DNA from: Deltaproteobacteria bacterium
GTDB taxonomy: Bacteria; Myxococcota_A; UBA796; UBA9615
Assembly (NCBI GenBank): GCA_002724675.1
Contig: PBPL01000101.1
Location: 8-64,007 of the forward strand
Length of the DNA: 64,000 nucleotides
Reading direction: 5' to 3'
Shown here: positions 27,142-36,661 of the stretch, one piece after another
How positions within the stretch are numbered: the stretch's first letter is position 1
Layout: the number at the start of each line of letters is the position of its first letter
The notes under the pieces: generated by a model
The model's database searches: none
What the model was told of the DNA's origin: nothing
Seen by the model: the letters and a program-made list of their open reading frames with translations, nothing else
Program-made: the position numbers and the translations under genes

Positions 27142-29307
27142 TCAGGGAGTGCGCTCCCGAGACACCGACACAACCCCCTTCAGGCGGCTGATGTCGTTCA
27201 TCAACGATTGCAGCTGCCGGGCATCGTGCACTGACACCTCGAGCAAGATCTGGGCCTTCTCACCCCTCTGCGTTCGGGCCTCGGCCTTCGTGATGTTGAC
27301 GTTCATCTTGCCCACTGCGCGCGTCAACTCGGCCAGCATCATGGGTCGATCGACCGTCACTACCGAGATGCGCGCCGCGTGGTTGCCCGAATTCTGCCGA
27401 TCCCACTCCACGTCCACCCGACGCTCAGCAGGCAAGGCCAGGGCTTGTCGGCAAGTGGACATGTGGACGGTAATCCCCCGCCCTCGCGTAATGAACCCGA
27501 TGATTGGCTCCCCTGGAAGCGGACGACAGCACTTCGCAAAGACGGTCAACATCCCGTCCATGCCGTGGATTCGAACCGGCGATCCACCACGACGAGCCAT
27601 CCTCCGAAAGAGGCCCGACAAGGACATGGTCCCGACCTCTTCTTCTTCTTCCTCCGCCGCAAGCATCTCGGGCGCTACGTACAGAGCCAGCACCTTGGTG
27701 GGTGCCAGCCGCCCGTAGCCAACATCGGCATAGAGTTGGTCCGGGCTCGGGTGATGAAACTCGTCCAAGGCACGCCGGAGACCGTCGTCCTTGAGCAAGC
27801 CCTTCAAGCTCAGTCGATGCTTTCTCAGTTCCTGATCCAGGAGCGTTCGGCCCATCTCCATGGCGCGGTTGTTTTCTTCCCGACGTAGGAAGTGCCGGAT
27901 CTTGGACAGCGCGCGCGAGGTAACAGCGAACTTCAACCAGTCCTTGGTGGGGTGCTGATCGTTTCGAGTGATGATCTCGATCGTATCTCCAGCCCGGAGC
28001 TGGTAGTTGAGCTTGACCATCCGATCGTTGACACGGGCACCACTGCAGTGTTGACCCACCTCGCTGTGGATGGCGTAGGCAAAGTCGAGCGTCGTCGCGC
28101 CCGCGGGGAACCATCGGATGTCCCCTGCAGGCGTATAGACGTGGACTTGATCGGCGTACAGGTCCACCTTCAAGACATCGAGAAACTCCCGCGAGTCCTC
28201 AATGTCTTCCGCCCACTGCAAGAGCTGACGAATCTTCGTGTACTGAGCGATCTCTTCCGGCTTGAGGGCGAGCTTGCCCTCCTTGTATTTCCAGTGGGCA
28301 GCAATGCCAAACTCGGCCAAGCGGTGCATGTCCTGGGTCCGGATCTGGACCTCGATGCGATGCCCCTCCGGACCAACGACCGTGGTGTGCAGGGATCGAT
28401 AGCCATTGGCCTTGGGCTGCGCAATGTAGTCCTTGAACAGCTCGGAGTGGGGGCTCCACAAGCCATGGATGGCGCCCAACACTCCGTAACAAGCGCCCAC
28501 ATCATCGACCAGCACTCGAAATGCGATGAGGTCGTGGACCTCTTCGAAGGTGAGCTGCTTGTCCTGCATCTTGAGCCAGATGGACCAGAGACGCTTCACG
28601 CGCCCCTTGACCTCGGCCTCGAACCCATAGGGACGGAGAGCCTCGACGATTTCGTTACGCACGCGATCGATGTAGGCCTCGAAGTACGGCCGCCTCGCCT
28701 CCACCTCGGAGTTCAGCTGGGCGTAGACGTCCTCGTGCAGATACTTGAAGCTGAGGTCCTGGAGTTCTCCCTGGATGGACACGATGCCCAATCGATTGGC
28801 GATGGGAGCGTACAGTTCCATTGTCTCCCGGGAGATACGCAGCTTTTTCGCAGCAGGCATCGCATCGAGAGTGCGCATGTTGTGCAGGCGATCCGCGAGC
28901 TTGACCACGATGACCCGGATATCCTTGGCCATCGCAAAGACCAGCTTGCGGAAGCTCTCTGCCTGCGCCTCTTCTGCCGTCCGAAAGTCCAGCTTCTTGA
29001 GCTTGGTGACGCCGTCCACCATGGCCGCCACATCCGTCCCGAACTGGGACTGGATGTCCTGTCCCGTGGCCTCGGTGTCCTCGACCGTATCGTGCAAGAT
29101 CGCCACCGCGATGGTCTCGGTGTCCATGCGGAGGCCTGCGAGGATATTCGCCACCTCTAGGGGATGAGCGAAGTAGGGCTCCCCCGACTTCCGTTGCTGA
29201 CCCTGGTGGTACTTGGAGCCAAACACCCACGCCTTGCGCAAGATGCCTAGGTCCGCATCGGGCGCGTAGGACTGCACCTTCTCCAGGATCTCGTCGAGAC
29301 GAATCAC
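27142..29307 (-). CDS. relA: Bifunctional (p)ppGpp synthetase/hydrolase (RelA/SpoT homologue)
   Basis: HD domain (HPLEVANIL...AILHDTVEDT), synthetase region (YRSLHTTV...EVQIRT), and TGS and ACT-like C-terminal regions. GTG start at 29305-29307. Confidence 0.93.
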   Translation of the reverse strand: MIRLDEILEKVQSYAPDADLGILRKAWVFGSKYHQGQQRKSGEPYFAHPLEVANILAGLRMDTETIAVAILHDTVEDTEATGQDIQSQFGTDVAAMVDGVTKLKKLDFRTAEEAQAESFRKLVFAMAKDIRVIVVKLADRLHNMRTLDAMPAAKKLRISRETMELYAPIANRLGIVSIQGELQDLSFKYLHEDVYAQLNSEVEARRPYFEAYIDRVRNEIVEALRPYGFEAEVKGRVKRLWSIWLKMQDKQLTFEEVHDLIAFRVLVDDVGACYGVLGAIHGLWSPHSELFKDYIAQPKANGYRSLHTTVVGPEGHRIEVQIRTQDMHRLAEFGIAAHWKYKEGKLALKPEEIAQYTKIRQLLQWAEDIEDSREFLDVLKVDLYADQVHVYTPAGDIRWFPAGATTLDFAYAIHSEVGQHCSGARVNDRMVKLNYQLRAGDTIEIITRNDQHPTKDWLKFAVTSRALSKIRHFLRREENNRAMEMGRTLLDQELRKHRLSLKGLLKDDGLRRALDEFHHPSPDQLYADVGYGRLAPTKVLALYVAPEMLAAEEEEEEVGTMSLSGLFRRMARRGGSPVRIHGMDGMLTVFAKCCRPLPGEPIIGFITRGRGITVHMSTCRQALALPAERRVDVEWDRQNSGNHAARISVVTVDRPMMLAELTRAVGKMNVNITKAEARTQRGEKAQILLEVSVHDARQLQSLMNDISRLKGVVSVSRERTP

Positions 29308-29354
29308 AGCCTCGGTACGCTCCTTTGACCACGCGGACCAACCGCAAAGACCAA

Positions 29355-29372
29355 GGGCGCCTCCTGGCGCCC
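29355..29372 (-). terminator. 7-bp GC hairpin in the gmk-relA spacer (possible attenuator/terminator)
   Basis: GGGCGCC-TCCT-GGCGCCC. On the minus strand it is followed by CTTGGTCTTTG. It lies in the 143-nt gap, where no rpoZ-sized ORF exists. Confidence 0.3.
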
Positions 29373-29450
29373 CGATAGAATCCTATCAAGCCAAAATGCC
29401 ACCGGCTATGACCCAGATGTGCCCGACCCCCACAGAGGGAGACCGGAGCC

Positions 29451-30068
29451 TCAGCGTGGCGTAGTTCGTCGCTGGCGTTCCTCGTGAATTACGGCGAGAA
29501 ATTCTTCCTCGGCCCGCTCGAGGTCGTCATTGACAATGCGGTAGTCAAACATCGGCGCCTCTGCGATCTCGGATCTGGCAACCGCGAGCCGTCCTTCGAT
29601 CACATCGGCAGTGTCCGTCGCACGCCCGCGCAGCCGGGCCTCGAGTTCATCCATAGACGGCGGAAGCAGAAAGACAAAGACGGCATCTGCGTCCGATGCC
29701 CGGACCTGCTGTGCTCCCTGGACATCGATGTCCAACAGCACGACAGACCCAGCCTGAACCAGGGCCTCCACCGACCCCCGATGGGTGCCATATCGATTGC
29801 CATGAACGAGCGCATGCTCGAGGAATTCGCCTCGAGCCAAGCGAGATTCGAAGTCGTCCAACGCGACAAAGTGGTAGTCCTCGCCGTCCACCTCTGTGCC
29901 CCTCCGCGGACGAGTCGTGTACGAGACGGAGAATCGCAACTCGGGCAAGCGGGCCATCGCACGCCGCACCAAGGTCGTCTTGCCACAGCCCGAGGGCCCG
30001 GTAAACACGAGAAGAAGGCCTGGATCACTCAAGGTTGGCAACCTGCTCCCGCACCTTTTCGATCTCAC
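29451..30068 (-). CDS. gmk: Guanylate kinase
   Basis: P-loop GPSGCGKTTL, TTRPRRGTEVDGEDYHF. The listed start at 30068 overlaps yicC by 44 nt. A TTG at 30030-30032 (giving MSDPGLLLVFTGPSG) is a plausible alternative start. Confidence 0.9.
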   Translation of the reverse strand: MRSKRCGSRLPTLSDPGLLLVFTGPSGCGKTTLVRRAMARLPELRFSVSYTTRPRRGTEVDGEDYHFVALDDFESRLARGEFLEHALVHGNRYGTHRGSVEALVQAGSVVLLDIDVQGAQQVRASDADAVFVFLLPPSMDELEARLRGRATDTADVIEGRLAVARSEIAEAPMFDYRIVNDDLERAEEEFLAVIHEERQRRTTPR

Positions 30069-30912
30069 TCTTCAGCTCAACGGCCAAGGCCGAGACTTCC
30101 GTTGCAGCAGACTTCGACGCAATGGTATTGGCCTCGCGGAGGAACTCCTGGACCAGAAACTCCAACCGCCGACCCACGGGCTCGGACTTGCCGAGGAGCT
30201 CACTGGCCTGCTCCACATGAGACCGGAGGCGGCAGAGTTCCTCATCGACGTCCGCCTTGTCGGCCAGGATTGCAGCCTCCTGGGCAACTCGACCAGCATC
30301 CACATCAGCGGAGCCAAGGAGCTCGAGCACCCGAGCTTCCAGGCGTGCCTTCAAGAGAGCAGGCTGCTCTCGAACAATCCGCTCGACCGAATCCACCAAC
30401 CCACTAATGGAGGATAGGTAGCCTCGCAACGCCCGGACGAGACGCTCTCCCTCCGCCTCCCGCATCGCCTCAAGGCCCGAGAGCGCGGAATCAAGAGCTT
30501 CTTCGACCTGGGCGGCTTCAGCGGTGACGTCAACCTCAGGCTCGGACACCTCCAAGACCCCCGGAATGCGCAACAAGTCCGATGGACCCAGGTCCTGTGG
30601 GAGACCCAGCTCATCCGCCAGCTGAGCCACCTCGTCACGAATCGCTACCGCCAACGGCCGATTGACCCTCACCTCGTGGCGACGGGCCTCCTCTTGAATC
30701 TCCCGATGCACGTGCACGTCGACCCGACCCCGACCCAATCGATCCCGAAGTCGCTGGGTGAGCTGCTGCTCCAGACCCAGCCAGGATCGAGGCAGCTTCA
30801 TCTTCACGTCCAAGAACCGATGGTTGACCGAGCGCAGCTCCACCGTCACCCGCAAGGTAGGCGAGACGCTCTCTCCTCGGCCGTATCCAGTCATGGACTT
30901 CGCAGCGCTCAA
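30025..30912 (-). CDS. yicC: YicC-family stress-induced protein
   Basis: N-terminal SMTGYGRGE, SVNHRFLD, and the C-terminal REANTIASKS...LKSEIEKVREQVANLE signature. Confidence 0.85.
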   Translation of the reverse strand: MSAAKSMTGYGRGESVSPTLRVTVELRSVNHRFLDVKMKLPRSWLGLEQQLTQRLRDRLGRGRVDVHVHREIQEEARRHEVRVNRPLAVAIRDEVAQLADELGLPQDLGPSDLLRIPGVLEVSEPEVDVTAEAAQVEEALDSALSGLEAMREAEGERLVRALRGYLSSISGLVDSVERIVREQPALLKARLEARVLELLGSADVDAGRVAQEAAILADKADVDEELCRLRSHVEQASELLGKSEPVGRRLEFLVQEFLREANTIASKSAATEVSALAVELKSEIEKVREQVANLE

Positions 30913-30950
30913 GAAGACCTCCAGAGAATTGAGAGACGTGGCGTCGTTGA

Positions 30951-32207
30951 CTACGAGGGGGCGCCAGGCGGCAGCATGTTACTACAGAGGCCGAGCAGCA
31001 TCCGCTGGAGCTCCAGCCCCGTCTGCTCCCAGCTCATCCGCTCCTCGGCTGATAGACGAGCGGCCTGGGCGAGGCGCCTCTGGTATGCAGGATCGTTGTA
31101 CAGCGCACCCAAACAAGCCACTAGGTCACCCGCCGACGGCTCGACAGCGCCCGCTCGATCGTAGAGGGGCAAGAGCACTGCGCCGCCTTCGGCCGAGAAC
31201 TCGAAGTCAAATCCCGGAAGGGCCGAGGTGACTACTGGCAACCCACGGGCCTGGGCCTCAAGCAGGGCTACTGGAACTCCATCTCGATCACCCTCTCGAT
31301 CCACCCGACATGCGAGCACAGCGGCGTGATACCGGCTCCGCTCTAAGCGGTTCTCGATCCACTCTGCGGACTTCATGCCCACCAGATCCACCTTCAGCGC
31401 CCCGCCCGTATCTCGGGACAACACATCGGCAAAGTCAGTAAGGGTCTCGCGCTCTCGCCCATCACCCACGAGGGTGATCTCCACTTGGACCCCACTGCGA
31501 GCCAGGGCTCCACAAGCCTCCAGGGTCAAGTCATGACCCTTCTTCGCGATGAGCCGTCCGACAGACAAGATCCGCAGAGGACCATCGGAAGCTGGTGTCG
31601 AGACAACCTGGTCGGGAATGGCCACGGGACAAGCGAGCAGCTCGACCCGCTGCGACGGCAAGCCCAGCCTGAGGAGCCGATCGCGGTGAAATGGCGTGAT
31701 CGTGGTCACGTGGTTCGAAGCACGGAGGATCCAAGAGAGATCAGGCACAGGAACAAAGAGATCGCGGGCGTGGACGGCCAGAGACACGGGGAGCCGGGCA
31801 AGAAGAGCTGCTGCCACCGCATACCGAGCAGTCTCTGCCGCGTGATGCACTCGGACGACATCGATACGAGCGCGCTTCCAAGATCCAGCCAACCAGGCCA
31901 CTCGACGTAGGTCCCGCATACGAGCGTGTCGAACCCAATTCTGGTGGACCTGGGGATAGTTGGCTCGGGTCTCCATGCCAAGCGAGGAGAGCACACAGCG
32001 CACACTGGACGGACGAGGCACCACCCGAGCAGCCGAGTAAAAGCTCTCGTGTCGGCCGTGACGCACTGCCTCGGAGTCCCTGTCGAGCATCCATGTCTGC
32101 ACCCAGGCTCCCGAGGCCCGAAGCGCTGCGGCCTCGTCCAGAACGAACGTCTCCGTCGGCGCCGGGAGGTATCGCATGAGATAAGCCACCCGCAACCGCC
32201 GGCTCAT
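30951..32207 (-). CDS. Glycosyltransferase, GT4-like (GT-B fold)
   Basis: C-terminal glycos_transf_1-like region (RLIAKKGHDLTLEA...LLEAQARGLPVVTSALPG). 4-nt overlap with the upstream GT gene. Confidence 0.75.
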   Translation of the reverse strand: MSRRLRVAYLMRYLPAPTETFVLDEAAALRASGAWVQTWMLDRDSEAVRHGRHESFYSAARVVPRPSSVRCVLSSLGMETRANYPQVHQNWVRHARMRDLRRVAWLAGSWKRARIDVVRVHHAAETARYAVAAALLARLPVSLAVHARDLFVPVPDLSWILRASNHVTTITPFHRDRLLRLGLPSQRVELLACPVAIPDQVVSTPASDGPLRILSVGRLIAKKGHDLTLEACGALARSGVQVEITLVGDGRERETLTDFADVLSRDTGGALKVDLVGMKSAEWIENRLERSRYHAAVLACRVDREGDRDGVPVALLEAQARGLPVVTSALPGFDFEFSAEGGAVLLPLYDRAGAVEPSAGDLVACLGALYNDPAYQRRLAQAARLSAEERMSWEQTGLELQRMLLGLCSNMLPPGAPS

Positions 32208-33346
32208 GGAAGCTTCCCCTCAAGACGCTCCCCCACGAGCTCTACCAGGCGGTGAGCTCGGTCCTCCCAACGAGGGCGACCGACGACCTGCTGCTCCGAG
32301 GGTCTCGGCCCAGCCAACGACCGGTGAATGCCCTCTACCAGGCTGTCCACATCGTCTGGTGCCACAAAGGTGACCAATCCATCTCCCACCGCGAACCGGG
32401 TCGACGGAAGGTCCGTGGCCACCACAGGCAGACCAGAGCCCACGGCATCGACGACTTGGAGCGGACACAGGGAGCGCCGGGTGACATCGTCTTCTGGATA
32501 GAGGGTCAACCACAGACCCACGCGTTCGAGCAATTCTTCCCGACGCCGGCCCCAGCAAGGCCCCAGCAGATGCACACGTCCTGCCAGTCTCGGGTCATCC
32601 TCTATGGCCCGAGACCAGGCCGCAAAGCGCACACTCCCCTGATCCCGTCCCGCGACGATCAGATCGGGCAACGTGGCGTCCTTGCGCCACGCTGACAACG
32701 CCAGGTCGATGCCAGAACGTCGGTGCAGCCCCATGGCAAGCACGGGTCGTTGTCGATCAGAGGCCGAGGTCACCCGACGGCGAGCGGCATCCCGAGATAG
32801 GCCACAGGCATTGGGAAGCAGAACGATGCGATGGGGATCGACTCCGGACCGGCAGAGGTCGTCGGCGATGCCCTGAGAGGGCGTGAGATGAAGTGAGGAA
32901 CGCACAAGGGCACGCCGATGAACCCGCAAGTCACGCCGCGGCCGCACGTGCCACTCCATCAGCACGGCCTGCCACGGGCGAGAGGCTTCCGAAGAAACGA
33001 CGCGAGGGTCACGGGCCAGCAACACCGCACCACGTGATCGACACTTGGCAAGGTTGCGTCGGAAACGAACACCAGCAAGGGGCGGGCGAGAAGGACGCGA
33101 GGGCCTGGCCAGCTCCAGATGGTTCGACAGAGGGCGCCCCAGCCAGTCGGCCAACTCAGCAGGGCCTCCGTCAGGACGTCCCGCATCCGCCACCAACGTC
33201 ACGGGAGCTTCCGTCACCGACGCGAGCGCTTCCGCTTGCTGAAAAGCCTGCCAGGCCTGGGGTCTTGGGGATGGCATCGCAGCTCGAACTGCCACAACCC
33301 AAGAGGGGGCGGCAGGGACAGCCCTGAACCCCGGGGTTCCTGTCAC
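32204..33346 (-). CDS. Glycosyltransferase, divergent GT-B fold
   Basis: LPNACGL..., PLQVVDAVGSGLPVVATDLPS. 4-nt overlaps on both sides. Confidence 0.6.
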   Translation of the reverse strand: MTGTPGFRAVPAAPSWVVAVRAAMPSPRPQAWQAFQQAEALASVTEAPVTLVADAGRPDGGPAELADWLGRPLSNHLELARPSRPSRPPLAGVRFRRNLAKCRSRGAVLLARDPRVVSSEASRPWQAVLMEWHVRPRRDLRVHRRALVRSSLHLTPSQGIADDLCRSGVDPHRIVLLPNACGLSRDAARRRVTSASDRQRPVLAMGLHRRSGIDLALSAWRKDATLPDLIVAGRDQGSVRFAAWSRAIEDDPRLAGRVHLLGPCWGRRREELLERVGLWLTLYPEDDVTRRSLCPLQVVDAVGSGLPVVATDLPSTRFAVGDGLVTFVAPDDVDSLVEGIHRSLAGPRPSEQQVVGRPRWEDRAHRLVELVGERLEGKLP

Positions 33347-34494
33347 GAGACAGCCTGCAGGGCCGACAGCACCGAAGAGCCCAGGTGATGTGCTCGGCCC
33401 CCTTGCTCAAAGCGCTGCCGACCTCCCTCACCGAGTCGAAACCGAAGAGCAGAGTCCTGGACCAGCTGATCTAGAACAGAGGCCACGGACGACGGCGACG
33501 TGGGGTCGTCGACACGGAGCCCCGTGACCCCAGGCTTGACCGCCTCGGCCGCTCCGGCCGAGCGAGACCCGATCACGGGCAGCCCCCGGGCCCCGGCCTC
33601 GAGATACACCAGCCCGTAGCCTTCGGTGTCACCACCCTCCTGCCGGGGCACCATCACGAACAGATCCGCAGCTCGATAGGCGCGGTCCAAGGCGGAAGTG
33701 GGGACATAGCCGCGAAAGCGAACCCGCTCCGAAATGCCCAACTCGAGCGCGAGCCGCTCAAGGCGGGCTCGGTCAGGCCCATCCCCGACGACCTCGTAGA
33801 GCAAGGCAGGGCAACGATCAGCCAACAGGGCCAGAGCCCGAAGGGTGACGTCGTGCCCCTTGCGACGCACGAGGCGCCCTACGGTCAGCATTCGTATCGG
33901 GGCCCCTGACGATGAATCGAGCAGCCCCTCCACAGTGTCTTCACCGGAATCGGCGGGATCTTCGATGGCAGCGGGAATCGAGTGAATACGATGCGGTGCA
34001 ACGCCACGCTGGAGGAGCTCTTCCCGCATCCAGTGGGTCATGACCAGCCAGAGCACAGGCGCCCGAAGCACCTGTTCCCGCTGTTGGTCACGAGCTGGAG
34101 TCGCCTGCCCCGTAATGTCACGACCATGGGCCAGGACTGCAATGGGCGGCGAATCGGCCTGTGGATCTCGAGCCAGCAGCGCAGGAACCGGCTCCCAGGT
34201 GGTCGCCACAAGCGCATCCGGCCGGGCCGCTTCAACAAGGGCCGGGAGACCGCGAAGCCAATGGCGGTGCCCCTTGTTCCGCCAGCTACGCCCCGGGACT
34301 CCAACAACCGTCCAGGGGCACTCGTTCGCCTTGCGCTCCTGCTTGAGGGCTCTCGCTCGGGGACCACCTCCACGGGTGATGACCCGAACACCCGCACCCC
34401 GCTCGAACAGACCCCTTGCGAGGACCCGAGACAACGTCGCTACGCCGCCATCAGACCATGCGGGCCAGTCCGGGGTAACGATATCGAGTCTCAC
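33343..34494 (-). CDS. Glycosyltransferase, GT4 family
   Basis: GGVATLSRVLARGL N-terminal motif, VGRLVRRKGHD, GYGLVYLEAGARGLPVIGS. Confidence 0.8.
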   Translation of the reverse strand: MRLDIVTPDWPAWSDGGVATLSRVLARGLFERGAGVRVITRGGGPRARALKQERKANECPWTVVGVPGRSWRNKGHRHWLRGLPALVEAARPDALVATTWEPVPALLARDPQADSPPIAVLAHGRDITGQATPARDQQREQVLRAPVLWLVMTHWMREELLQRGVAPHRIHSIPAAIEDPADSGEDTVEGLLDSSSGAPIRMLTVGRLVRRKGHDVTLRALALLADRCPALLYEVVGDGPDRARLERLALELGISERVRFRGYVPTSALDRAYRAADLFVMVPRQEGGDTEGYGLVYLEAGARGLPVIGSRSAGAAEAVKPGVTGLRVDDPTSPSSVASVLDQLVQDSALRFRLGEGGRQRFEQGGRAHHLGSSVLSALQAVS

Positions 34495-35600
34495 GGGGCG
34501 ACGCTCCGCACCGTCTCTACGAGGTCCACATCGAACCCCTTGCCCGCACGGATCACAGGAGTCTCTCGGGGCCTAGCAAGATCCACCGCGGCGTCTAGGA
34601 CCCGTTGCGGGTCTAGCTCCTCAAGGCATCGATGATGACTCAGCGGACAGCGGGCCTGACCATGGAGGCTGCAGGGAGCACAAGGGGGGCTTGTCTCGGG
34701 TAGCTGCACGCCCCGCTCCTGCCAGACCCAGAACCCGGCATCCTGGGGAGTCGGCCCGTACAAACCAACCACCGGCACCCCCAGTGCACCCGCCAGATGG
34801 AGGGGGCCACTGTCACCGCAAACCACAACGTCACAAGAAGCAAGGCCCTCGATCAATCCGCCGAGGCTGCTGTCTGGCCAGGGTTCCGAGACACCATCCA
34901 CAGCAATCTGCTCGAGAAGCGACGACTCGCCGGGCGAACCAAAGAGCCAGCTGCCCCCTCGCTCCCGTTTGCTCCAGAGGGTCGAGAGCTCGGACCAGTG
35001 GCGCACTGGCCATCGCTTTGTTTCCCAACTGGCGCCCGGGCAGAGACCAAGGATAGGTCCCGAGAGCGTGCCATCGGCATTGGCCTCCTCCATCCGGTCG
35101 GCGACCAACTCCGGAATGGAAGAAGGGCGCGCAGGCCACCCTGACTCAGGTAGCCCCAGCCGAGCGAACAGCTCGGCAACAGCAGCCAGGTGACGCTCAG
35201 GCCAGCTTCTGAGGGGGGCGTGCCTCAAGCGACTGGAGCCCAAGACTCGCGGCCACCTCGCCGCTAGGAGCAGAGACCGACGACGGAGTGACTCCTTGCG
35301 TGTCGCCACCCGAGCCGCCCGAAGAAAGCGGGGCACTCGTTGAATGACGCGCCGCGAAGCTGGGACTCCGTGCAAGTCCAAGACGGCGTGGGCAGGTTCA
35401 AGAGTCCCCACATCTTGAGCGCTAACGACATCGACCTCTGAAAGATGATGCGCCAGGAAGGTCACATAGGACGACCCCGTCACCAGGGTGACGCGCAGTT
35501 CTGGATGACGGACGAGCCAACGTAGGGCCGGCAAGACCATGACCAGATCCCCGAGGTGGCCGAGCCGAACCGCCACGACATGACGACGCTGCGATGCCAT
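34491..35600 (-). CDS. Glycosyltransferase family 9 (heptosyltransferase-like)
   Basis: VRLGHLGDLVMVLPALRWL N-terminal motif, GLCPGASWETKRWP, CGDSGPLHLAGALGVPVVGLYGPT. Start at ATG 35598-35600, sharing one base with the upstream stop (TGATG). The listed 520-aa form would overlap the upstream GT9 gene. Confidence 0.8.
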   Translation of the reverse strand: MASQRRHVVAVRLGHLGDLVMVLPALRWLVRHPELRVTLVTGSSYVTFLAHHLSEVDVVSAQDVGTLEPAHAVLDLHGVPASRRVIQRVPRFLRAARVATRKESLRRRSLLLAARWPRVLGSSRLRHAPLRSWPERHLAAVAELFARLGLPESGWPARPSSIPELVADRMEEANADGTLSGPILGLCPGASWETKRWPVRHWSELSTLWSKRERGGSWLFGSPGESSLLEQIAVDGVSEPWPDSSLGGLIEGLASCDVVVCGDSGPLHLAGALGVPVVGLYGPTPQDAGFWVWQERGVQLPETSPPCAPCSLHGQARCPLSHHRCLEELDPQRVLDAAVDLARPRETPVIRAGKGFDVDLVETVRSVAP

Positions 35601-36640
35601 CAAGCAACTCCCCGCACAGCCAGCTCCACCCGCTCGGCGACCTGCTCCACCGAGATCGAGACGGTACACGATGGAGAGAAGCCGTGAGAACATCGCGGCT
35701 GGTAACAGGGCCAGCAAGTGAGATCGCTCCCTCCCTCGAGCGTCGACCCGTGGCCGGGGCCGTGGCGCCCTGGATCGGTAGGCCCGAACAAGACAATGGG
35801 CCACGAACCCACCGCACTGGCCAGATGGGCCAGGCCCGTGTCGGGTAAGACGACGCAGCGAGCCCGCTGCGCCACCCCAGCCCACGCAGAAGGCCCCCAC
35901 AAGTAAGGGCCCAGTGGAGGCGCGCCGCCGAGCCCCGCTACCACGGACTCGGCGCACCTCCCATCGGGAGCTGAGGGCCCCCTGGTGACGGCAATGCGAA
36001 GGCCGCCAGCCTGGAGTCGGCGGCCCAGAGAGACCCAGTTGGCTGTAGTCCAACGCTTGGTGTCCAGCCCCTCGGCCCAGGGATGAAGCAGCACCTCAGG
36101 CTCGCCAGCCGAACGCCAAAGAGCCAGAACCGTCGCGGCTCTCACAGGCGAGAGCCGGAACGAGGCATCGGGCACGCCTTGAGCAGCGACGCCGAGCACC
36201 CGGGTGGCATGCCGCGCCACACGGAGGTAGGAATCTCGCTGATGCTCACCGGGCCCCAGCAACCGGAGTCTCCGGCCTGGCAGCGCTTCCAGAGGGCCAG
36301 GCACCGGATCCGTGAGCAACAGCCGCCGGTGATCCGATGGCAGCCCAATGCGAGTGGGCAGTCGAGAAGCTGCAGCTTGCCAGGCCACCCGAAGAGACGG
36401 TGCAAGGAGCACCGCGACACCGCTCTCGTCTCGACGCAAGCGGGATCGCACCGGCAATCCACAACCCTGGTCTACGAGAAGATCGGAAGCAACCGCGGGT
36501 CCACCAACCGGCTGTAGGGCCCAGTCCGGCAATGCGTTTCGGAGGAGACGAAGTGCCGGAAGCGCGAGGACTGTGTCCCCAAGATGACCGGGTAGGACCA
36601 CCTGCAGAGTCGGAGCCCGGACCTCGCTGCGGCGCACCAC
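35600..36640 (-). CDS. Glycosyltransferase family 9 (heptosyltransferase-like)
   Basis: VVLPGHLGDTVLALPALRLLR, DTKRWTTANW, PDTGLAHLASAVGSWPIVLFGPTDP. Confidence 0.8.
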   Translation of the reverse strand: MVRRSEVRAPTLQVVLPGHLGDTVLALPALRLLRNALPDWALQPVGGPAVASDLLVDQGCGLPVRSRLRRDESGVAVLLAPSLRVAWQAAASRLPTRIGLPSDHRRLLLTDPVPGPLEALPGRRLRLLGPGEHQRDSYLRVARHATRVLGVAAQGVPDASFRLSPVRAATVLALWRSAGEPEVLLHPWAEGLDTKRWTTANWVSLGRRLQAGGLRIAVTRGPSAPDGRCAESVVAGLGGAPPLGPYLWGPSAWAGVAQRARCVVLPDTGLAHLASAVGSWPIVLFGPTDPGRHGPGHGSTLEGGSDLTCWPCYQPRCSHGFSPSCTVSISVEQVAERVELAVRGVA

Positions 36641-36661
36641 TGGGCCCCTCCCCCGCCTCGT

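Noticed and set aside
29308-29450. Expected an rpoZ gene between gmk and relA/spoT, as in the enterobacterial gmk-rpoZ-spoT arrangement.
   Set aside because: The gap is only 143 nt, with no ORF of suitable size on the minus strand. The absence is real for this locus, but rpoZ placement varies among phyla, so I do not treat it as a finding. Only the hairpin is annotated.
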